The position numbers were made by a program, and so were the translations under genes. Below are positions 49,258-57,580 of a stretch of DNA of 64,000 bases, one piece after another. The notes under the pieces are model-generated. The model was given only the letters and a program-made list of their open reading frames with translations, was not told the DNA's origin and ran no database searches. Location: contig CAVPOM010000010.1 in NCBI GenBank assembly GCA_963707025.1, forward strand, positions 160,001 through 224,000, read 5' to 3'. The first letter of the stretch is position 1. Every line of letters begins with the position of its first letter. The stretch comes from an uncultured Verrucomicrobiae bacterium (GTDB lineage Bacteria; Verrucomicrobiota; Verrucomicrobiia; Limisphaerales; Palsa-1400).

Positions 49258-51099
49258 TCATGCGGTCCTCCGATGGTAGAACCACCATTCGAACATGAGC
49301 ACGGCCAGGCCGCCGGCGGCGATCCAGCGCCACAGGTCCACGTTGGAGCGCCGCACCTGGGTGGCGCCGATGGTGTTGAACTTCCCAAATTCCAGTTCCT
49401 CGCGCGGCTTGGTGTTGCTCTCCGCCGCGTCCAGCACGTTGACGCAGAAGGTCACGTCGTTGGTCCCGACGCGCAAATGGTAAACGCCTTGTTTGCCCGT
49501 CTCGCCAAAAACGATCTCGCGCGCGTCTCCCGGGGTCAGCGTCCGTTTGGTGCCGTCCGGCATGGTCACCTCGGCCGTCGCGGCCGGCTGGGTCAGGGCC
49601 AAGCGGAACGGCTCGCCGCCATGCACCATGAGCTGGCTGGATTTGGTCGCCGCCGGATTGAGCCAGTCCACGGCGTTGGCGATGAACATGGGAAAGGAAA
49701 TGCGCAGCGGCCAGGTGCTTTGCAGGGTGTCGAAGCCGATCCAGACAATCTTCTGCCGCGACAGTTCCCCCGCCAGGATCAGCGGGGTCTGTTGCGCCTC
49801 CACCAGGGCCGTGGCCCAGCCCGGCGTCTTGACCCCCAGCGTCTCGCCGATTTGCACGTTGTCCAAATTGATGTAGCGCAGGAGCGGATGCGTGTTTTTC
49901 CAATCCACCGCCGCCGGCTCCGGCACCGTCGTCCAGCCCGTGTCGAACCAGTTGGAGTTGGCCACATGAATGGCCAGCAGATTGGCCTTGGGCCAGACCG
50001 GCGGGATGACGTCATCCAGCACCACCAGGTCAAAGTCCTCCGCCGCGTCCGCGCACTCGCTCGTCACCGTCAAATCCACGTTGGCGGCGGCGTGGAGCGC
50101 CTTCTCCAAAAAACGGTTGCCCCGCGAGACCAGCTTCACTTTGACCGGCGCGGGCAACAGGCTGACGATGGAGGCCTGGTTGTCCGCCGCCAGATCGTCC
50201 CTGGCGTCAATGCGCACGGTGAAAACGCCGTTGCTCTCCTGCGCGGCGGTAAAAACCTGGGGCGAGGTTTCCCCCGGCTTCAGGACGAGCGAGCGCGCAT
50301 CCACGGGCTGGTTGTCAAATAAAAGTTCCAGGTCGGTCTGCTCCTCGTTGGTGGAAAAATTGGCCACGCTGGTGTAGATGGCCCGTTGCGCCCGGTTTTC
50401 CGGATTTTCCCGGATGTCCAGCGTGGTGATGCCCAGGTTGCGGGAGCGCTGGCCAACCTTGTGATAGGCGACGTTTAGATTCTGGTTGGCAAACTCGCTC
50501 AAGTCCCCCGCCGCGCCGTCGCTGAAGAGATCGATTTCCGGGGAGTGTTTGTTGGAATTGGTGACGAGCGTTTGCGCCAGTTTCAGAGCCTCGGTCAGGC
50601 GGGTGGACGAATCGGTGACCTGGCAATTCTGGATGGCCCGGCGCAGGCTGGCCTTGCTGCTGGTGGCCGATTGTTTGACCTCGGTGTTGCCGCCCGCCAG
50701 CAACACCAGCATCTGGTCCTGGTCCTTCAGGCTGTTGACCAGCGCCAGCGCCTCCGCCCGCGCCTTCTCGAACCGCGACGGCTCCTCATCGGTGCTCTGC
50801 ATCGAAGCCGAGGCGTCCAGAATCACCACCCGCAAGTCGCTCGCCGTGGAGTGTCCGACGAAATAGGGGCGGCTCAAGGCCAGGATGGCCAGGGCCAGAA
50901 GCAGCAATTGCAGGAGGAGCAGCCAGTTGTGCCGCAATTTTTGGAAGGGGGAACTGGCCTGGGCATCGGCCAGGAATTTTTGCCAGAGCAGCGTGCTGGA
51001 AACCAGCCGGACCACCCGCTTGCGTTTGAGCAGATAAAACGCCACGACCACCGGAATCGTGGCAGCAAACCAAAATGCGCCTGACCAGAGAAATCTCAA
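49258..51099 (-). CDS. BatA and VWA domain-containing membrane protein
   Basis: FYLLKRKR...VSSTLLW, LLLLQLLLLAL..LALSRP, MIDAS VILDASASM, C-terminal TM ..LMFEWWFY. TTG start. Confidence 0.92.
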   Translation of the reverse strand: MRFLWSGAFWFAATIPVVVAFYLLKRKRVVRLVSSTLLWQKFLADAQASSPFQKLRHNWLLLLQLLLLALAILALSRPYFVGHSTASDLRVVILDASASMQSTDEEPSRFEKARAEALALVNSLKDQDQMLVLLAGGNTEVKQSATSSKASLRRAIQNCQVTDSSTRLTEALKLAQTLVTNSNKHSPEIDLFSDGAAGDLSEFANQNLNVAYHKVGQRSRNLGITTLDIRENPENRAQRAIYTSVANFSTNEEQTDLELLFDNQPVDARSLVLKPGETSPQVFTAAQESNGVFTVRIDARDDLAADNQASIVSLLPAPVKVKLVSRGNRFLEKALHAAANVDLTVTSECADAAEDFDLVVLDDVIPPVWPKANLLAIHVANSNWFDTGWTTVPEPAAVDWKNTHPLLRYINLDNVQIGETLGVKTPGWATALVEAQQTPLILAGELSRQKIVWIGFDTLQSTWPLRISFPMFIANAVDWLNPAATKSSQLMVHGGEPFRLALTQPAATAEVTMPDGTKRTLTPGDAREIVFGETGKQGVYHLRVGTNDVTFCVNVLDAAESNTKPREELEFGKFNTIGATQVRRSNVDLWRWIAAGGLAVLMFEWWFYHRRTA

Positions 51100-51249
51100 C
51101 CTTCGCCAAGACTACACTCCCGCCGCCGGCATTTCGACAGAAAAGAAGTCAGCCACTCCATCATTCACGCGCCCGGGCCAGCGTCCCACTTTGCTCTTTC
51201 AACCTGCCCATTTGAACTTAAACTCACCGCGCAAGGCTAAAAGACAGAT

Positions 51250-51834
51250 TTGAAAAAGCCGGCCCATTCGCCCCGACCGCCCCAGCCGTGGCGCCGCGAG
51301 ATTCGCTGCGTTTTGATCTCGCGGGCGCGTCTGGCCCGCCGCGTCCACGCCCTGGCGCGGCAGATCGAAAAAGATTTCGCGGGCCGCGACCTGGTGATCG
51401 TCGCCCTGCTCAACGGCACGGTCATGTTCCTGGCCGATTTGCTGCGGGGCCTGTCCCTGCCGCTGCGCCTGGACTTCATCGGGGTCTCCAGCTACCGCGA
51501 GGGGGCCGGGCCGGGCGGCCTGATATTCACCAAGGAATTGCGCCTGGACGTGCGGGGCCGGGATGTGCTGCTGGTGGACGATATACTTGACACTGGCCAG
51601 ACCCTGGCGCGGGTGCTGGCCAAATTGGGCCCGCTCCAGCCCAGCCGGATCAAAATCTGCGTGCTCCTGGACAAACCGGCCCGCCGCGTCGAAAACATCG
51701 CCGCCGATTACATCGGCTTCACCATTCCCGATGAATTTGTGGTCGGCTACGGATTGGATTACGGCGAGAAATACCGCAACCTGCCTTTCATCGGCCTGCT
51801 CCACCCGAAGATCGCCCAAGCCGTCACTTCTTGA
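51250..51834 (+). CDS. hpt: Hypoxanthine phosphoribosyltransferase
   Basis: LNG..MFLADL, SSY, VLLVDDILDTGQTL, LLDKP, FVVGYGLDY.EKYRNLP. Confidence 0.95.
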   Translation: MKKPAHSPRPPQPWRREIRCVLISRARLARRVHALARQIEKDFAGRDLVIVALLNGTVMFLADLLRGLSLPLRLDFIGVSSYREGAGPGGLIFTKELRLDVRGRDVLLVDDILDTGQTLARVLAKLGPLQPSRIKICVLLDKPARRVENIAADYIGFTIPDEFVVGYGLDYGEKYRNLPFIGLLHPKIAQAVTS

Positions 51835-52456
51835 AAAAGGGGAGCTGTTCCACGGCGTTGATGATGAATTGCACCGCCACCGCCGCGAGCAAAAGCCCGA
51901 ACAATCGCGTCACCAATTTGAGAGCCAGCGGGTTGAGATAATGCGCCCCGCGCACGGCCAGCCAAAAAACCCAGTAGCTGCAAAAGCAGACCACGACGAT
52001 CGAGGCAAACAGCGCCAGCACCTGATAAATTCCCGTCGCCTGATTAAGCAGGATCAACGCGGTCGAGATGGAGCCCGGCCCGGCCAGCATCGGCACCCCC
52101 AGCGGGGTGATGGCGATGTCATCCTTGGCCGCTCCGGCCGCCACCTCTTCGTCCGTTTCCTTGGCCGGCGACCGTTTGGCATACAACATATCCAGCGCAA
52201 TGCGCAGGAGCAGGATGCTGCCCGCCATTTGAAACGCCGGCAAGGTGATCCCCATCACCTTGAAAATCACCGGGCCGGCGGCGGCAAAAAGCATCAGCAC
52301 ACCCGCCGCCACGCAGCAGGCCAGCCGGGCCATGCGCAGCTTGACGGCCGGCGTGTCCTGCGGCGTCATGGCGATAAAAGCCGGCACCACCGCGATCGGA
52401 TCCAGGATCACGAACAGCGAACTGAGGGCGAACAAACTATATTCGCTGAGTTTCAT
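51824..52456 (-). CDS. MarC family membrane protein
   Basis: LFVILDP, GITLPAFQMAG, IAITPLGVPMLAGPGSI, TRLFGLLLAAVAVQFI. Confidence 0.95.
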   Translation of the reverse strand: MKLSEYSLFALSSLFVILDPIAVVPAFIAMTPQDTPAVKLRMARLACCVAAGVLMLFAAAGPVIFKVMGITLPAFQMAGSILLLRIALDMLYAKRSPAKETDEEVAAGAAKDDIAITPLGVPMLAGPGSISTALILLNQATGIYQVLALFASIVVVCFCSYWVFWLAVRGAHYLNPLALKLVTRLFGLLLAAVAVQFIINAVEQLPFFKK

Positions 52457-52680
52457 GCCATGTTTTGGGCCGGAACAATGTCGGTTTTCCAAAAAGGCGG
52501 CCCCCCCGTTCCCATTTCGCAGCCGCGTTCCTGGCGTGTCTGGCGCTTAAAATGCCCTGCGGGAAACAAATTGTCACCAACTCAATCTCGGCGCCTTTTT
52601 CCCAACAAGGCCGTCCCGCGGGCAGACCCTCACCCTGCCGCCCCGAAGGGCCGGTGCATTTCAGATTTCTGGGTTCCCCT

Positions 52681-52762
52681 CTTAATCTTGCTCCTAATCT
52701 TAATCTTAATCGCATCGCCCTCCCGCATTCGGATTAAGAGCAAGATTAAGATTACGATTAAG
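52681..52762. repeat. Inverted pair of (TAATCT)n hexamer arrays
   Basis: CTTAATCTTGCTCCTAATCTTAATCTTAATC ... GATTAAGAGCAAGATTAAGATTACGATTAAG. Confidence 0.85.
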
Positions 52763-53235
52763 AAAGAAAACCCAAAAATGTGAAATGCGCCCCGAACGGC
52801 CGCGGATCATCGGCAGAAGTTGACCGCCATAACATCTCCGGGTTAAGATGCCGGCGTGAAGTGCGCCGTGAGCAACTCCGGGCGGCTGGCGGCCTGAGAC
52901 CGTGGACTTCCGAACCGGTGCATCAAATAGCCCTTCCATCCCGTGCCGCGAATCGCTCCTCCTTGAGGATCGCAAGCCAGGCTCCCGTCAACGCCCGCGC
53001 CTGGAAGCCATCCCATGCAAGCCGACTCCTCAAAATCACTCGCCCCCCCCTGCCCCGCTGCATAAGACAGAGTTTTTGCCAACGACCGGAGACGCCCTAA
53101 AGTTGTTTTTGTGTCTTTTTCGCGCCGTTTTTGTGTTGCCGGACGGCGCGCTTTGTTATAGAGTCAAACCGTGACTCCAGCGAAAAACCTGCTTCGTCGC
53201 CCGGGCTTTTTACATGATCCCGGCTGTGGCTATCT

Positions 53236-53793
53236 ATGAGCGAGCTCACCCAGATGCTGCAATCCGTTCCGTCTGACGGGTCTTGCGCCCGCGACGAGCT
53301 GTTGCCGTTGGTTTACGGTGAATTGCGCCGCTTGGCTGCGGCACGCATGGCCCGGGAGTCGCCCGGCCAGACCTTGCAGCCGACCGCCCTCGTTCATGAA
53401 GCATGGGTGCGCATCAATGGCAACGGAGGACGGCGATGGCAAAACCGGGCGCACTTCTTCGGTGAGGCGTCCGAAGCGATGCGGCGCATCCTGATCGAGA
53501 ATGCCAGAAGGAAATCACGATTGAAACGCGGCGGCGGCCTGATGCGGCTGGACATAGATGAACTTGAACTGGCCGCGACGGCCACCGATGACAGAGTGCT
53601 GCTGATCAATGACGCGTTGGAACAACTGGAAATGGAAAACCCGGAAATGGCGCGCGTGGTGGTGCTGAAGTTCTTTGGCGGCCTGAGCAACCAGGAAGCG
53701 GCCGAGACCATCGGGGTGGCCAGGCGCACCGTCGAGCGCCAATGGACCTTCGCCAAGGCCTGGTTGTTCCGATGCATTCGGACGCAAATGTAA
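53236..53793 (+). CDS. ECF sigma factor, kinase-associated (TIGR02999-like)
   Basis: ELLPLVYGELRRLA, TLQPTALVHEAW, HFFG...AMRRILIENARRK...KRGG, RTVERQW.FAKAWL. Confidence 0.95.
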   Translation: MSELTQMLQSVPSDGSCARDELLPLVYGELRRLAAARMARESPGQTLQPTALVHEAWVRINGNGGRRWQNRAHFFGEASEAMRRILIENARRKSRLKRGGGLMRLDIDELELAATATDDRVLLINDALEQLEMENPEMARVVVLKFFGGLSNQEAAETIGVARRTVERQWTFAKAWLFRCIRTQM

Positions 53794-53820
53794 TTCGCGT
53801 GGCATGCCATCGTTGGTTTT

Positions 53821-56091
53821 GTGAAGAACCCGATAAAACTGGAAGAGGAAATCTTCGATGCCGCGCTGGAATTAACGGGAAACGCCGAGCGCGAGGCGTT
53901 TTTGGATCGCGCCTGTGCTCACGATCCGGCCCTGCGCGCCAAGATGGAGGAGTTGCTCTCCGGGCACGTCCAGGCCGAAGCGTTCTTCACGGAGTGCATT
54001 TCGACCTTGAAATGTTCCACCAACGGTTGTGGCTCCCTGGATACTGATGATGCCCCGCCTCCTGCCGCAGTTCCAAATTCGTCCCCTGACGAAGAACTGG
54101 GAACCCGCATTGGGCACTACCGAATTCTCACCAAAATCGGCGAAGGCGGCTGCGGCACTGTCTATATGGCCGAACAGGAACAACCCGTGCGCCGCCGCGT
54201 GGCCCTGAAAGTCATCAAGCTGGGCATGGATACCCACGCGGTCATTGCCCGCTTCGAAGCCGAGCGCCAAGCCCTGGCCATGATGGATCACCCCAACATC
54301 GCCCGGGTATTTGACGCGGGCGCGACGGACACCGGGCGGCCCTACTTTGTCATGGAACTGGTGCAAGGGGTCAGGATCACGGACTATTGTGATAAACATC
54401 ATGTGGACATGCCTGGACGGCTGGACTTGTTCATCCAGATTTGCCGCGCCATCCAACATGCCCATCAAAAGGGAATCATTCACCGCGACATCAAACCGTC
54501 CAACATCCTGGTCCTATCGCAGGATGGCGTGGCGGTGCCCAAGGTGATTGATTTTGGCATTGCCAAAGCCACCACCGGCCAGCGTCTGACCGACCTGACG
54601 GTTTTCACGGCCTGCGAGCAATTCATCGGGACGCCGGCCTACATGAGTCCTGAACAAGCCCAGGGCAGCGGGATGGACATTGACACGCGCAGCGATATTT
54701 ACAGCCTGGGTGTGCTGCTTTATGAATTGCTGACCGGCAAGACTCCCTTTGACGCGCAGGAACTGATCCATTCCGGCGTGGATGGGATGCGGCGCACACT
54801 GCTGGAGAAAGAACCGCACCGGCCCTCCACGCGGTTGGACGCGCTGAAAGCCGATGAATTGACCATCACCGCCCTGCGCCGGCACGCCGAGCCGCCCAAC
54901 CTCCAATCCCTGCTGCGGGGCGACCTGGACTGGATCGTGATGAAGGCGCTGGAGAAGGAGCGGGCGCGCCGGTTTGAAACCGCCAATGGTCTGGCCATGG
55001 ACATCCAGCGTCATCTGCACAACGAGCCGGTTCTTTCCCGCCCACCCAGCCGGATTTACCAGTTTCAAAAACTGGTGCGCCGCAACAAGATCCTCTTCGC
55101 CGCCGCCGCCGCCGTCACCGCTGCCCTCCTGATCGGATTGGGCGCTTCGACCTGGCTTTTCCTTGGCGAAAGACAAGCCCGCCAACGGGCCGTGGACGCC
55201 GAACAGCAACAAGCCCGCCTGGCTCGTGAAGCCGAACTGGCCCGCGCCAACGAAGCCGAACTGCGCCGCCAGGCCGAGGCCAGGGAGAAGATCACCCAAG
55301 CCTCCCTTCGCATCCACGATGGAGATTTCGACTCGGCGGAGAAAATAATGCAGGAGGTGACGCTGCGCCAGCCTTCCATGGAATGCGCGTCGGTCTTTCG
55401 CTCTCTGGGCGAATGGCGCGCCCTGCATCACCAGTGGAACAAGGCCGCCGGGCCTTATGCCCTGCTTTGGCAAGTTGATCAGTTCGATTCCTGGGAAACC
55501 ACCTCCTTTGATCTTCTGGTCGTGGCCCCAACCTTGGTCGAAGCCGGCGATCACAGAAGCTACGAGTCTTTTCGCCAGGCGGCAGTTCTGCGCTATGCCG
55601 GCACGACCAATGCCGTCGTGGCCGAGCGCGTCGTCAAGGACAGCCTCCTGGTCCCGGCCAGCGAACAACTCTTGCAAGCCTTGCGGCCCTTGGCCAGTTT
55701 TGCGGACACATTCTTCTCCATTCCAACCAACGACAGCGATGCCCAGATGAGGGCCTCCTGGGCATTTATCTCCCTGGCCCTCATGGAATATCGTGGCGGC
55801 GACTGGTCCAAGTCCGCGGATTACTGCCGCCGCTCCCTGGCCTGTCCGGTGGCCCACGCCGCGCGCGATGCCACCGCCCGTGTCATTCTGGCCATGGCCT
55901 CTTGCCGAATGGGCCAGCCCGCTGAGGCCAGCGCCGCCCTGGGCCAGGGCCGGGAAGTCATCCAAGGGGAGTTCACAAACGTTTTGGATGCTGGCAACGG
56001 GAGCCGGGGATTCTGGTTTGATTGGGTCTTTGCGCGCATCCTTCTGCGCGAAGCCACCGCGCTGATGCAGGGACCAGCAGCAAAGGCTTGA
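53821..56091 (+). CDS. Hanks-type Ser/Thr protein kinase with TM and C-terminal helical-repeat region
   Basis: IGEGGCGTVY, VALKVIK, HRDIKPSN, IDFGIAK, GTPAYMSPEQ, DIYSLG, TM at about aa 425-448. Confidence 0.96.
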   Translation: MKNPIKLEEEIFDAALELTGNAEREAFLDRACAHDPALRAKMEELLSGHVQAEAFFTECISTLKCSTNGCGSLDTDDAPPPAAVPNSSPDEELGTRIGHYRILTKIGEGGCGTVYMAEQEQPVRRRVALKVIKLGMDTHAVIARFEAERQALAMMDHPNIARVFDAGATDTGRPYFVMELVQGVRITDYCDKHHVDMPGRLDLFIQICRAIQHAHQKGIIHRDIKPSNILVLSQDGVAVPKVIDFGIAKATTGQRLTDLTVFTACEQFIGTPAYMSPEQAQGSGMDIDTRSDIYSLGVLLYELLTGKTPFDAQELIHSGVDGMRRTLLEKEPHRPSTRLDALKADELTITALRRHAEPPNLQSLLRGDLDWIVMKALEKERARRFETANGLAMDIQRHLHNEPVLSRPPSRIYQFQKLVRRNKILFAAAAAVTAALLIGLGASTWLFLGERQARQRAVDAEQQQARLAREAELARANEAELRRQAEAREKITQASLRIHDGDFDSAEKIMQEVTLRQPSMECASVFRSLGEWRALHHQWNKAAGPYALLWQVDQFDSWETTSFDLLVVAPTLVEAGDHRSYESFRQAAVLRYAGTTNAVVAERVVKDSLLVPASEQLLQALRPLASFADTFFSIPTNDSDAQMRASWAFISLALMEYRGGDWSKSADYCRRSLACPVAHAARDATARVILAMASCRMGQPAEASAALGQGREVIQGEFTNVLDAGNGSRGFWFDWVFARILLREATALMQGPAAKA

Positions 56092-56250
56092 CCAATTGGC
56101 CTGGTTCCGCCGTATTTTTTCTCCAACGGCGAATTCTCAAAAGATACTGTCAGTAAACAGCTTACAATTGCAATCCCCGCCTTGGGAGCTTTGGCGCAAA
56201 ATGGTGTGGCGGTTTTGGCAGGCCTTTGGCGCAAGTACAGGTAAGCGAAT

Positions 56251-57514
56251 ATGTCAGGAATCCGCAAAGTCATGCTTTTGGTCGCGTCGGCGCGGGCCTC
56301 AGATCGTGCCCTGCTGCAAGGGATCGCCAATTATTCCCGGCAACACGGATCCTGGTCCTTCTATTGGGAACCGGGCCTGTCCGAAAAGGCCTGGCCGATG
56401 CTCAGGTCCATGGAGCTGGACGGCATTATCCTGCAAGACCCGGGCCAAGCGGTGGAAATCCTGCCGGCGGGGATTCCCGCGGTCGTGTTGGGATGTGGGC
56501 AAAATGAGATGGCGGGGGTTGTCCATTTGGTGACGGATGACAGGGCGATTGGCCGCATGGGGGGGGAGCACCTTTTGGCTTGTGGGTTCCGTCATTTTGC
56601 CTATTGCGAGGCAGGGGAGAGGTGTGGAACACAGGCGGCCAGCTCTCGGCTGCGCCAGGAAGGTTTCTCGGAAGTGGCGGCGGAAGGCCGGCTGCAAATG
56701 CCACGCGCATATCGCCTGGCGCAGGTCCGGGCAAACGATGCAACAGACACGCCAGGAGTTGGCGCGATGGTTGCTGTCCCTGCCCAGTCCGGTCGGGGTG
56801 CTGGCCGGCAGCGACGAGCAGGGCGCACAGGTCGTGGAGGCCTGCAGGCTGGCCGGCCTGCGCGTGCCGGAGGCGGTCGGAGTTTTGGGAGTGGATAACG
56901 ACGAATTGCTGTGCAGCATGGGCAATCCTCCGATCTCGAGCGTGGCGGTTAATTACGAGCGGGCGGGTTACGATGCGGCCCAGGCTCTGGATGAGGCCAT
57001 GCGGCTGCCAACGGCCCTTGCGGCGAAGATTATTACGGCGTCGCCAACCCATGTCATGGCGCGCCGCTCCACGGAGGCGGCGGCGGCGCAAGACCCGCAT
57101 TTGGCCAGGGCCTTGCGCGTGATTCGGGACCGGGTCAGCCAACCGCTGGCGGTGGACGAAGTGGCGCGCGTGGCGGGACTTTCGCGCCGGGCGCTGGAAC
57201 GGCGGTTTCGGACCGAGATTGGCCATTCCATTCTCGAAGAAATCCGGCGGTTGCGCACCGATCAGATCGCCCGCTTGCTGGTGGAATCGCGCTTGCCCAT
57301 CGGGCGCATTGCCGACGTAATGGGCTTTGAGGATGTGCAGCACTTCGCGCGCTATTTCCGCAGTTCCAGGCAGATCAGCCCGCTGGCTTACCGGCGGATG
57401 TTTGGGGCGTGCCCCGGGGCGGGTTCGGTGTCGCAAATTGGCGGAAGGTTGCCGCAAGATGGCGTTGAAGCAACCGGGCTGCGGCCTGTAGAGTTGCCCC
57501 AGTTAAGCTCGTAA
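56251..57514 (+). pseudogene. XylR-type (periplasmic-binding-protein-like + AraC HTH) regulator, split by a 1-bp frameshift near 56680
   Basis: The N-half in ORF 56251 (LLQGIANY, DGII, GGEHLLACGFRHFAY) continues in the ORF 56537 frame (WLLSLPSPVG, VPEAVGVLGVDNDE, LSRRALERRF, HFARYFR). The break is at GTGGCG-G-CGGAAG. May be a sequencing error. Confidence 0.8.
57432..57494 (+). promoter_or_regulatory. AraC/XylR-type activator direct repeats plus promoter of the LamG gene
   Basis: CGCAAATTGGCG (57432) and CGCAAGATGGCG (57453), 21 bp apart, abut TTGAAG-18bp-TAGAGT. Confidence 0.7.
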
Positions 57515-57580
57515 GCAGGATTTCATCAATCTGGTCTCTTAAATTCGTTCAACATCCAGTCCAAAGAACTAACACAAAAT

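Noticed and set aside
40270..51099. One MoxR-vWA ternary conflict system spanning the VWA, NHL, ATPase and TPR genes
   Set aside because: The ATPase is not MoxR-like, the VWA genes are membrane BatA-type with host-like composition, and the ATPase-TPR pair is compositionally distinct. Adjacency is more likely an insertion.
52770..53230. Short ORFs or ncRNA between marC-family gene and the ECF sigma
   Set aside because: No recognisable protein or RNA motif; only a plausible promoter (TTGCCG-17-TAGAGT, 53136-53164).
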